Assembly (NCBI RefSeq): GCF_001194135.2
Contig: NC_069004.1
Coordinates: 13,850,613-13,914,293 of the forward strand
Direction: 5' to 3'
Length of the DNA: 63,681 bases
DNA from: Octopus bimaculoides
Lineage: Eukaryota
The notes beneath the pieces were generated by a model. That model was not told where the DNA came from. It ran no database searches and saw nothing but the letters and a program-made list of their open reading frames with translations. The position numbers were made by a program, and so were the translations under genes. Position 1 is the stretch's first letter. The number at the start of each line of letters is the position of its first letter. Positions 26,951 to 39,351 of this stretch are shown here, one piece after another.

Positions 26951-29265
26951 GAATATTCAAGATTGTTACTTTCTCCAGTATTTGAAAACATCTACAGCAT
27001 ATAGGTAATTAGAGGTGATTAGAAAACAATAATCAATTATATAAGACACATTAGAGATAGGATGGAATAATACCAAGGAAAAAGAAAAAGATTCAGTTAC
27101 AATTATGTCTAGGATGGTCTTGTCTTTGAAATAAACTTTTTATCATCAAAAATATCCTTTATTTTAAAAAAAATTATTTTTTTGAGAATGTTATTTCTCT
27201 ACTAATTCAAAGAAATAATTAAGCAGTTTATGCTAAGTTAACAAAACACAATTTAGCAATATTTATGTCTGAATCGATATTGTAGAGTATAACATTAGAT
27301 TTAACATACAGGTAAATAGAAAAAAAAGATTGATAAAAATTAGGGACGATCCTCCAGGACAATGCCTTAGGGACATCTTCTGAAGTAATACTTTTTCTAT
27401 TTTGTCATCTAGGACCATGAGGTGGTCTGAATGACAGGAAATTGAGAGAATGTAAGAATTTTGAAGCTTACTACATGAACAATAAACTTAATTTCAAATA
27501 TGTAAAAATAATAGAAAAAAAAAAGAGAAAAAAAGGGGAAGAAATTTTTCAAGAATACAAAAGTCCTTTATTTCATGTGGGGCGAGGTACTGGTGTGAAC
27601 ACCATAGTGGAGGAACTACAGATAAGAGACAAGTTTATTTTTTTGTTTGAAGTAAAGCTTAAAGAAAAAATGCTTTTTTTCCTCCACTCGCAAATAATAA
27701 AAGCCTACAACCTTTGAAGACAGACCATATGTGAGAGAGGCTGATAAAATGTGGAAGAAGCTGGCACAGTGTGTAAGAGGTTGACAAAATATGACAAAGG
27801 CTTGTACAATGTGATAGAGACCAGTAAAATGTGACAAAAGCCAGTCCACTGAGATAGAAGATGGCACAACGTAATTCAACCAATGAATATAAAACTAATT
27901 GGCCAAAGTTGGTGCTGAGCTGATATGAAGCATTCTGTACACCATTCTATCTCAGATATCTAAATTTGATGTACAGCTGAATGGAACAAAAGATGAAAAA
28001 AGAAAGTGTAATATTTGTACTTTATAACTTACATTAATTAATTCAGCTGATAGCTCTAGGATTTATAACTTAGATGAGTTCAGCTAAAAGCTCTGAATTT
28101 TATAACAGTTGATAGCTTTGTTCTGTAAGTTGTAGAATAGTGGCTCAAAGGATGTTCCCCATACCTCAAAACCTTGGAATTCACAAACTGGGGCTCCACA
28201 ACTGAATGCAGTTTAAAGTCAAACCCAGCTGTGCTCTGACCTGGAGTAATAGCACCTGTCAGGGTCCCAGCTAATTAGAACATTAAGGCTTGCCTGCCTA
28301 TGCATGTGAAGGCTGGATCTGTCGGGCTCTGCAGAAAAAAAACCCTTCATGGTTCAATGGAGGTGAAGGCAGGTACAGCAACCTGGGCTTGCCATTGGTT
28401 TGAAGATGGTCAAGGATGAGACACCACATAAATCAGGAGTCCTCATGAGACTAAATGGCCCTTGTCACTTCAAGTGATGAACATGCATAACTTACACTAA
28501 TTAGTTCAGCTGATAGCAACAGCTGAACTAATTGATGTAAGCTCTTACAGCCAATGTTTATCTGGAACATTTTATAGGTTGACGGAAGTTTAGTACTCAA
28601 CAATGATAGAATTGTATTACAAAACTGCTATGCAAATATCTTATGATCTTTTGTATAAAATACAGAACTAAGATTTTTCACAAAGGTATGACATTTATGA
28701 TGAATTGCAAGGTGGAAGATAGAAATGGTGAAATTGAAGCTCTACCAAAATTAGATCATAAAGTGTTTATTGAGAAGTATGTGTCCTACAAGAAACAAAC
28801 ACAGCCAAATTTATTCTCAACCCAATCAAAATGAAATTGATAGCTACCAACCTACAACATTAGAAACCAGGTGCTCTTGCATGGCCTCAGCCCCTGGCTG
28901 AAACCAGTAACAGAATAAAAGTGAAAATAAAGGAATCTGCATTTGTTATTTTAAATTACATAATATATAACACACTAGAATTATAAGATGAAAATAATCA
29001 GAAGTTGGAATGTTCAAGAAGTTCTAAATGGTGTTGAAATAACATCAAAAACTTTGCTCTGTAGGAAGATGAGACAACCTCTATTCTACAGAGGAAACAA
29101 GAAGAACTGAGCCCCACAATAGCATCATAGTTGTTACAATGCAAACTAACCAGTTGTGACAAGAAATTACGACAAATTATATCAGAAATGACGAAAAAAA
29201 TACTTTAAAAAAAATCCTTTTTGAAGTCCCATTTATTATAAATAATAATAATAATAATAATAATG

Positions 29266-29308
<43 letters not shown>

Positions 29309-30398
29309 ATGCATTGAATGTATGGTTTCAGATATTGTACCAATATACTTACCTAGACAAATATGTGTGGGTTTTATTTTCAATATACTCACCAAAATAT
29401 TTTATTTATGCCATCTGATGTCAACATATTCCAAAAAAGTATATACCCACACGCCTTGGTACTATTATTTTATAATTATTATTATTTTTTTTACCATTAA
29501 CACAGCAAAATAACTAATTAAAGATAACAATCACCAGGCCATTGATTTAAAAAAAAAATAATGTTTAAAATGAAATCAATAAATAAAAAGATATGATACA
29601 TAATAAAAAAAAGAACACCACAAGATTATCTCAAGACTGTTCCATACCATCGTTTGGTTTACAGAAAGAGCTGAAAGTTGGTAATATAAAATGAGAAGGC
29701 CAGGAGAGACTGAAGAAAAACCCCAAGGAAACCCAATAGAGGTTATTTTATTATTTAAACCTCTTACTTTGTTAGAATGTAACCGGTGTGGGATTCTTGC
29801 AGAAGGGGACGTGGAGATGGGGGTCGGGGATTAGTGAAGTCACACAAAGCTAAATAATCATAAACAAACAAGTAGAAGTCCATTCCAATGAAGAGATTTA
29901 GCAGAGAATACTCTGTTGATGAGGATTTTCATTTTAAAGATTATTTTTCATTTTTCTTAACTTGTTTAGTCAGGAAAGAGGTAGAGTTTGAATTTCAACA
30001 GCTGTAAATCTTTGCTGGAGGTTGAGAAATTGTGGATAGAGAGGGAATCCAGGAGAGGGTGTAAGTTTTAGGCAAAGTCCTTAGTGTAGGGACCAGAAGG
30101 AGTGAGATTATAGTGGGTTAATGAGAACAGGAGAGACAAGTGTGTTTTGTTGGCCCCTTTTAACTTATAACTCACAAGACATTCAATTAAAAAAAGGGAT
30201 AAAAGAAATGGCCTTTTTTTTTTTTATATAATCAGAGTCTGAACAGACCTTTAAGTACTATATACATACTCACATACATAGGTTTAGTGGAAGAAACAGG
30301 AAAAACAAAGCTCAATACATGTGTGATGAGTGTGTGTGTATGTGTGTGTGTATATATATATATACACATACATACATTATATATATAATGTATGTATA

Positions 30399-30454
<56 letters not shown>

Positions 30455-30968
30455 NNNNNNNNNNNNNNNNNNNNNNNNNNNNNNNNNNNNNNNNNNNNNN
30501 NNNNNNNNNNNNNNNNNNNNNNNNNNNNNNNNNNNNNNNNNNNNNNNNNNNNNNNNNNNNNNNNNNNNNNNNNNNNNNNNNNNNNNNNNNNNNNNNNNNN
30601 NNNNNNNNNNNNNNNNNNNNNNNNNNNNNNNNNNNNNNNNNNNNNNNNNNNNNNNNNNNNNNNNNNNNNNNNNNNNNNNNNNNNNNNNNNNNNNNNNNNN
30701 NNNNNNNNNNNNNNNNNNNNNNNNNNNNNNNNNNNNNNNNNNNNNNNNNNNNNNNNNNNNNNNNNNNNNNNNNNNNNNNNNNNNNNNNNNNNNNNNNNNN
30801 NNNNNNNNNNNNNNNNNNNNNNNNNNNNNNNNNNNNNNNNNNNNNNNNNNNNNNNNNNNNNNNNNNNNNNNNNNNNNNNNNNNNNNNNNNNNNNNNNNNN
30901 NNNNNNNNNNNNNNNNNNNNNNNNNNNNNNNNNNNNNNNNNNNNNNNNNNNNNNNNNNNNNNNNNNNN

Positions 30969-31188
30969 CCAGTATCGCCTGACTGGCCTTCATGCAGGTG
31001 ACACGTAAAAGCACGTACTACACTCTCTGAGTGGTTGGCGTTAGGAAGGGCATCCAGCTGTAGAAACTCTGCCAAATTTAGATTGGAGCCTTGTGTTGCC
31101 ATCCGGTTTCACCAGTCCTCAGTCAAATCGTCCAACCCATGCTAGCATGGAAAGCGGACGTTAAACGATGATGATGATGATGATGATA
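30969..31188 (+). mobile_element. SINE family D with RTE-like tail and (GAT)n
   Basis: ttggcgttaggaagggcatccagctgtagaaac ... catgctagcatggaaagcggacgttaaacgatgatgatg. The 5' end abuts a gap. Confidence 0.8.
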
Positions 31189-31629
31189 TATATATTATTT
31201 TTAAACAATTATGTTGTTGACAGTGACTTTGAAATTTTGGCCACCTCTACCATCATTTGGTGATGGCTTAGCAGGCTGAAACTTCGAAGTCACTATCAAC
31301 AACATTCTTGTTTAAGAATAACAAATTTGTACTCTACAAAAGTATAGAGTAACCCATCAGATTAATGTAAAATTGTTTGCATTATAACTGAACATAAAAA
31401 AACCCATTAAAAAATATATATACACATACATACATGCATGTATATGTATATATGTGTGTGTGTGTGTATATATACACACACACACAAATATACTTGCATA
31501 TATACACAAGCACACACATATATTACTGCTTATGGATTATATAAATAGTCAGAATGTTACCATTGATTTTATGCTGACTATTGCACCTAAGCAATATTGA
31601 CAAGTCTGACTATATGGGCCAGAAGTGCA

Positions 31630-32490
31630 TAGCCACTTTTACATCTAAATGAAAGGCAGTTGCATATCAACACAGCTTCCTTCCACTTGTTTACAGTGTT
31701 TAAAAACCTTGTAAAGGATGTCAGTAAGAGGATCTTGAATCTACCCTCTAATATAGTGGCCTACAACTATAACAAGGCTGTAGCAGCTAGTGTTTTTAAA
31801 AACCACATAACATATATGCCCAGCCCTAACCAGAGAAAAAACACTATGGAAAAGTCATGTGGTTCTCCTCTACTTCTTACTCAATAACAAAAAGCTTGAG
31901 AGGGGCCTTCTTTAGATTAGTGAATATGCATTTTACACAGGACCACAAGTATAGGAAAATGTTCAATAAACATAACTCAAGGGTTTCATTCAGCAGTATA
32001 CCTCACATGAACATATAGTTAGTATAAAATATAGTTAGTATCCCAATGCTGTGGACAAAGACAGGATGCTCATGTAGAGTGCCTAGTGAATGGTCAATGC
32101 AACACAGAAGCTGTGATCTACAAAGCAGAAGTAGTGTTGACCAATACTAATGATGTGACATATAATAAGGCAATGGATGACCACTTTAAGGCTAAGACAA
32201 ATAATCACAGATCCTCTTAGAATGCAATGAAGTGCTATATTACAATACTAGCCAGCTAAATATAACAGTTAAAAGAGGAAGCAACGCCATACAAAATCAA
32301 CTGGAAGTTGCTGGAATGTTCAGTGGTATAACTGAATGGAAGTAGATGCAGCTTATGCTTGGCAGAGAAGAGAATTATGCAAAAAAAATTCATATTATCT
32401 AGGCATTTTCCTAAATTTAAGAAGTGAAATTTTTGGATGCTGTCTTAAGTGTAAATTCATCTTGGTTATATCTATTTATGAACTAGGGAA
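31630..32490 (+). mobile_element. Penelope-like element 3' part (RT thumb/linker plus GIY-YIG endonuclease), Naiad-like
   Basis: HINTASFH...KNL...SKRI; VMWFS...HFTQDHKYRKMFNKHNSRVSFS; CSCR..ECLVNGQC..AVIYKAEV; FK...NH; LKE...YKINW; CSLCLAEK; LNLRSEIFGCC. Multiple stops. Confidence 0.85.
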
Positions 32491-32678
32491 TGATATATAC
32501 ACAAACACTGCTTACCTGCTTCCATGGCTAACAATATTTAAGGGGAAACAACTCTTTTACACCCCTTGAAAATTTTTTTTTTTTTTTTACTATGTTTTGT
32601 TCCATTTCTTTTCACCACTACTAAACCAGTCTAGAGCCTATGTACTTCCATCATAAACAAGGGTATGCAATTCTGGCC

Positions 32679-32746
32679 AGTATGTCTGAAGAGTCATCAA
32701 TATTGCCTAGTTGCAACAGGTGACTTGAAACTGATAGTATCATTCT
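32679..32746 (+). ncRNA. Degenerate type I hammerhead ribozyme motif downstream of the Penelope ORF
   Basis: CTGAAGA - stem II GTCATC/GGTGAC - tt - GAAA - stem III ACT(gat)AGT - A - stem I agtatgt/tcattct (5 of 7 pairs). Confidence 0.55.
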
Positions 32747-34069
32747 AACCATTTATATACAATAGCCAATATACTGCTTGACAATATATAAAAACAGAAC
32801 TGTACTTTTACTTATATTGAGTATGCTTTTNNNNNNNNNNNNNNNNNNNNNNNNNNNNNNNNNNNNNNNNNNNNNNNNNNNNNNNNNNNNNNNNNNNNNN
32901 NNNNNNNNNNNNNNNNNNNNNNNNNNNNNNNNNNNNNNNNNNNNNNNNNNNNNNNNNNNNNNNNNNNNNNNNNNNNNNNNNNNNNNNNNNNNNNNNNNNN
33001 NNNNNNNNNNNNNNNNNNNNNNNNNNNNNNNNNNNNNNNNNNNNNNNNNNNNNNNNNNNNNNNNNNNNNNNNNNNNNNNNNNNNNNNNNNNNNNNNNNNN
33101 NNNNNNNNNNNNNNNNNNNNNNNNNNNNNNNNNNNNNNNNNNNNNNNNNNNNNNNNNNNNNNNNNNNNNNNNNNNNNNNNNNNNNNNNNNNNNNNNNNNN
33201 NNNNNNNNNNNNNNNNNNNNNNNNNNNNNNNNNNNNNNNNNNNNNNNNNNNNNNNNNNNNNNNNNNNNNNNNNNNNNNNNNNNNNNNNNNNNNNNNNGTA
33301 TTTACCTTTGTGTGGAGAGTGACCATTAATTTAAATAAGTAATTGGTGGAATAAACAAAGAATTTTGATATTAAAACATCTTTGTATAAAATTATATCAA
33401 AAAATAGTATTATATAATATATTATCACTAATATATCTAAATTATTCTTTTTTAAGAACGGCGAATCTTGAAGCAAATAGAGCTATCAATAATAACATGT
33501 TAATATTGGGATAAAAACTTTTTGGTTAGAAAAAAGTTGAAGGATTCCAGTGGAACTTAAATTCATGTCTCCTGTAAACTTGCATATGTCCATGAGCAGC
33601 CTTTGATTTTTTTCTATTGGTTAGACTCATAACCATAAGATTGTGGTTTCAATTTCTGGACTGGGTGATGTGTTATGTTTTTGAGCAAAACACTTCATTT
33701 CATGCTGCTCTAGTCCAGTCAGCAGGCAAAAAGGAGTAACCCTGTGATAGTCTGGCATCCTGTCCAGGTGGGGAATAAATACACCATGGAAACCAACCCT
33801 ATGACTCTATATAATTTAGAAAGGATTTTTATCCTTTTCTTTTCATTCATAGCTCTATTTGCTTCAAGATTCACCATTCCTAAAAAGGAATTATTTTCCA
33901 TTCTTGAAATTTCTAACAACAATATTTAAATTCATTGTAATTATATTGAAGTTATTCAATGGGCAACCTATGCGAGACACAACTTTTGGATGCAATTAAA
34001 AAACTACTTTCAATTTGTATTTTAAAATGTAACAAATAATATTGTAATGACCTTGGATTGTATAATAAG

Positions 34070-34284
34070 CCTTTCTACTGTAGGCACAACACCTGAAAGT
34101 TTGGGGAAAGGGGCTAGTCAATTACATCGACCCCAATGCTCAACTGGTATTTATTTTATTGACCCCAAAATAATGAAAGGTAAAGTTGACCTTGGTGGAA
34201 TTTGAACTCAGAATGTAAAGACGGATGAAATGCTGCTAAGCAGTTTGCCTGGCATGCTAACCATTCTGCCAGCTTGCCATCTTA
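34070..34284 (-). mobile_element. SINE family A
   Basis: Family A body on the minus strand, abutting the truncated mariner. Confidence 0.8.
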
Positions 34285-34911
34285 AAGAAGTGTAAATGAT
34301 CATGGGGAAGTGCAGCAAACCACCACAAACAACCTTCAAAACAAGACTTTATCTGAAGAAGGTTATGATTTCAATTTGGTGGAATTGGAAGGGTGCTGTC
34401 TTTTATGAGCTTCTTCTCATGGACAGGACCATCGATTCAGATGTGTACTGAGACCAGCTGGATAAATTAAATGCAGCTATCTACCAGAAGCACCCAGCAC
34501 TTGCTGATTGTAAATGCATTGCCTTTCATCATGACATTGCCAGATTGTATGCTACTTTACAGGTACAGCAGAAGTTACTGGAGTTTGGCTGGGAAGTTTT
34601 GCTATACTCTTCATATTCACTTAATCTTGTACCTTTAGATTTCCACCTGTTTCAGTCTCTTCACAGCTTTTTGAATGGACAGACCTTCAATTCTGAAGAG
34701 AATGTAAAAATTCACCTAGAAGAGATTTCGCCCGTAAAGACAGGAAATTCATTAAACAGGGAAAGATGAATCTGCCCACAAAGTGGCAGAAGATACTAGA
34801 CCAAAACAGTAGTCATATCACTGATTGAATAAATTACTTTGTGTTTAAAACTTGTATCTTATTTTCACTTAAAACAGAAAACAAGCCAAACAGACTTTTT
34901 GGCTAATCTAA
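34285..34911 (+). mobile_element. 5'-truncated mariner transposase relic with right TIR
   Basis: KKVMISIWWNWKG, FHHDIAR and YSLNLVPLDFHLF motifs. Ends ...ttggctaatctaa|TA. The 5' break abuts a SINE. Confidence 0.85.
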
Positions 34912-35466
34912 TATAAAAGGAAAGTAATATAAACAACATGAGATATATATGTGTGTGTTACAAATTAATTAAACACACTAAATCAAAGAATAACACATGC
35001 TGTATATGCATGTTCTTAATTAATTAATTTGTTAAACACTAAAACAATGTATATCTACTCTGAGATAATGCATTGTGGGAAATTTTTCTAATTTTTTTTT
35101 TAACTAAGACAACTGTAACAGAAATACAAATGATTTTCTTCTTCAAAAACACCAAAAAAAAAAGGTTGTTATTCAACAAAATTTTCTCAAAGTTATTCCA
35201 CCAATTGAATTAATTTGGAAATGGGGTGTGGTTATTAAGGTTGACTACATTCTGCTATTTGGTGTGTAAACCTGTAAACAGATGCAAACTATAATTTAGT
35301 TCCAATATAAAAAGACTGGGGGTAGGGGGGATAGGATGTAGTATTGGTAGGGAGCTATTTATAATGTTGTGATCTAGGATTGTAGCAATTTGCTAAGAAA
35401 ACATAGTCTGACGTTTAGCAATCAGCTGCAACTGAGCAGTAGTAGTAGTAATAATAATAGTAGCAC

Positions 35467-35607
35467 CTCCTCCGTTATTATCCTCCAATGATGCGTTGCT
35501 TTGAGCCTTCTGAATTTTGCGGCTAGCCGCCTGCGACTTTGTCCGCTTCAGTTCTGGGTGTGGATGCTGTTTCTTTTGTTTTGGGCTGGGACTGGGAGAA
35601 GCAGCTT
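35467..35607 (-). CDS. STXBP5: Putative tomosyn hypervariable-region exon; 3' boundary uncertain (35467, 35413 or stop at 35393)
   Basis: Acceptor ttttttcacttaattttagatag|. GC-rich open frame (E)AASPSPSPKQKKQHPHPELKRTKSQAASRKIQKAQSNASLEDNNGG. Candidate phase-1 donors gag|gtgcta (35467) and aac|gtcaga (35413) are both weak. Confidence 0.6.
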
Positions 35608-36953
35608 CTATCTAAAATTAAGTGAAAAAAAATTCAAGCAAGGCATTAATGAAAGCTATTATTAGCGAAACCCTGCTTCGTTAATTGTTTAACTAAACCC
35701 ATAAATATTGCTACCACCACCACCACCGCCACAACTAATTACCTTTATAGTCATCAAATAAGCCAAACACAGAAAGAAATACTGATAACCAGCTAAAGGA
35801 GCGGCTTTCAGCGGACAGTTACATTTTTAAGCATTCCTATTTAGGGGTCCAAACCTGAATACCCTGTTGATTAACAATTAATCTAATTTCCCATTTTTTT
35901 GTGTTTTTACATGATTAAACCAATTTCTTGTGTATTCAGAATTTAAGAAAATATCTTACTTAAAATTTGGACAGGAATTTCAAAACACTAATCAAATATT
36001 TTTAACTATCTGTATATGACTTCAAAAAAAAAAAAAAGAGATAAATATTCAGGGGACTACTTTAATATGGAGATTATTGGGAGCATATATACATATGCAC
36101 ACATTATATGTAATATTTAAATACTTTATATTGTATGCCATTGCCAAAATCCCACCCCCACCAAAAAATGGTGAATTAATTTTTAAGAAAACTTAAATCT
36201 CTGATGGCTGACAGCCACAATTCTATATTGTATCAAATTGATAATTATCAAGAAAATCAATAGAATAATTATCAATAAAATCATAATCTAATTATACTAT
36301 ATTTTTTTAATTAAGTAGCTGAACTAATTATCTATCCATCTTCTTAAAATTTTTCTTTGAAGTAAAATCCACTAACTACACCTCCACCCATGCTGTGGAT
36401 AAAAAAGAGTGGGACATTATTATTAAAGTAAAGTTATTTCCCTTCAATTCAACTAACTTCCACCATCTCCGTTTTAATCTAAGAAGCATTGGAATCTTCC
36501 ATTATTTACACTTTTATCTTAAAATTACTAGTATATTTCAAAAACTGCTAAAAGAAAAACTAAAATGGAGGCAGAAAGAATGAAGCTATTCTTATGAATC
36601 TCCATCAATTACTGTTTAGTATGAGATATTTTCTTGAGTGAAACCACCTCCACACAATGGAACAAACATTGCTAAACATAACATTAAAATTGCATAACAA
36701 AATAACTAGTATACATTTTCCGAATGCAGCCCAAACTACAAATTTGTGAATATAATTATGTAATGGCTTTGTTGCTTATGTAATCCATCATAAACTAGGA
36801 ATGTTGGCTGACAATTAGGAAGAAGAGAATGGATTTTATCAGGTTTTGAAAGAAACTGGTTTGTTTCTATGAGTAATTGTTTTAGCCTGTTGGTTGTGAT
36901 ACCAAGGAAAGAAATATAAAGGCTGATAAAGGAGGCAATTGTTTCCCAACTAG

Positions 36954-36989
<36 letters not shown>

Positions 36990-37267
36990 CACTTTTACAA
37001 GAAGTGGGGTGACGCTGACTTCAAAGAATCAGTCTGCTAGGCTTTGTCAGACTGTTATATATATATATATATACGCTTTGTTTTTGTAATGGGTTTGGAA
37101 GATTCTTGATGTGAATTCACATGTTGAAACAAATCTTGTTGTCTTGGGAGTGTTACTACACCAATAGTAATAAACACACACAGCAGCAGATGTGCTTATT
37201 AGTATTGGTATAATGACTCTCCTAAGACACAAGATATATATCTATATACATGTGTGTATATATACAC

Positions 37268-37317
<50 letters not shown>

Positions 37318-37861
37318 GCGTAAGTGGGTGTTTAGAGATAAAAAAAGATAAAGATGTTGAGCTAAGCTTTTTTTGTTGGGTGGGAGGGATATTTTTTGTG
37401 TAGTGGGTGGATTAAAAAAAAGTTAATATTTATTACCCCCATAAGTAACATAGCTGTTCCCTTATGAAAGAGATAAACGGGCAGTTGTCTTCTGCTATGT
37501 GTGACTTACTGGAGGACAAAACCACAGAATTAGCTTATATAAGTACTACTATATGGGTAATCAGTTTGGTTAGTGGCAAAGCAGGTACATGCATCGACTA
37601 CCAACAGCTGCTATGTAAGCAAACAGTCACCTGCCAATGGGATGGGGAGGTCAAAACCTGCATGCACGTCTAAGGCCTTTGGTGCTATTAGTACAAGTAA
37701 ACTAGGATTAGAAGAGTGGTTAAACTTATCGCAATTCTTGCTATGACAAGCAATAGGTGGCGCTCTCACCCTGAAAAAAGGAGGAAAGTCAAGCGGTGAA
37801 TAAATTTAGCAAGCATAAAAACTGTAGTCACCTTCAAGTTCAACTATATTTCACAACATAC

Positions 37862-38645
37862 CTACAAACAGTCCCTTGAATATTTCACTTCGGCTCATGT
37901 GTCTTTTGTGAGACGATTCATTTTCCTTTGTGAGATCAATTACATCAACTTTGCCAATATCACCGAAACGTCGAGGGGGCTTATATTTACGAGTATCATG
38001 TCCTACATCAAGCAAGCTGCCTTTCACTTTAATCGATAAGGCTTTCAGACTGGAGCTCATTTTTCGTAGTATTGATGTTTCTGAGTCTTTGCAATTGGCA
38101 CCGGGACTAGTAATATTGGTGTCGGGAATAGATTGGGTTAAATTTACATCTGAGTAAGCTTCCCTTGATATACAATTGCGATTTTCATGAAGGTTTCGAC
38201 TAGATGAACTACTACAAAATACAGAATCATCATCTTTAGGAGAGTTCCGTTTTCTAATATTAGACTCTGATGGGGAGCGTTTTATTGGCGTCACAGCCTC
38301 ACTTGGTTTAGGCAGTTTGTTTGATTTTGTTCGATGTGGTACCGTCTTCACTGGTGGCATTACATGAAAGCTGACTGATTCTTCAGTCTGCGATTCACTC
38401 CGTTCTGTTTCTACCTCAATTATTGTCCAAGTCTCGTTGTTGTCTTTTGTGCTGTCAGTTTTTTCGCAAATCGACTCACTTGATAAGTAGCTTTTGGTAG
38501 TCATCGGAGTTGGTTCAATGGCTACTTGAGGTGTTTGTGTGTGGGGGAGGTGGTGCACCAGCTGCTGCTCCTCCTCCTCCTCACCACCACAGGGAGTAGA
38601 GCCACTACTCACAGGCCGAGGATGACTTGCCAGGGGGAGGAGGGA
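37862..38645 (-). CDS. STXBP5: Tomosyn hypervariable-region giant exon, 784 nt, phase 0 to 1, Ser/Thr/charged low-complexity
   Basis: Stop-free for 261 codons (SLLPLASHPRPVSSG...SEIFKGLFV) in AT-rich DNA. Long polypyrimidine acceptor cccttattttccag|, donor gtag|gtatgt. Phases join the 54758 donor to the 8885 acceptor in frame. No homology recognised, so assignment rests on position and phase. Confidence 0.8.
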
Positions 38646-39234
38646 CTGGAAAATAAGGGAGTAGTGTACAAACTAAAATGCAAATTAGGAAAAAAGAAAA
38701 TTAAGATGAAAAAGGATAAAAAAAAAATAAAACAGACAACAAATGCATAGATTAGAAAATTATCTAAAAATTGAAAAAGAAAGCAAATGTTTTCATGAGA
38801 AGCTGTCAATTAGAAATATAGTTGTTCCCAAATAATAATATAACACACCTTAGGAATACTTCATTATGGTGCTGTTTCATTTATTTTAATTAATTTGTTT
38901 GTTAATTGAATACAAGTAAAGTTGTTAAATGTGTGTGATGGAGACTGAAGATATAAAAATATGATACTGGAATTAGCATAGGATACAGCTGGATAAATGC
39001 AGTTTTAATGAAATCCAAGTGGGTCTTGTCTGAGATATGAAGATTTATGGAACAACACGGGTGCAAGAAACTCTCTTTGAAACCATGTAGTTGTAGATTT
39101 GGATATAACTGCACAGCACCTTGAGCAAGTGTCTTCTACTATAGCCTCAAGTTGATCAATGCCTTGTGGATGAAATTTGGTAGATGGTAACTATGTGGAT
39201 GCCTATCATATATGTTTGTGCAAGTACATATGTG

Positions 39235-39351
<117 letters not shown>

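Noticed and set aside
29690-30150. Purine-rich stretch resembling a decayed minus-strand Penelope/LINE (similar at 23780-24110 and 52935-54050)
   Set aside because: Too degenerate to read diagnostic motifs by eye; needs a profile search.
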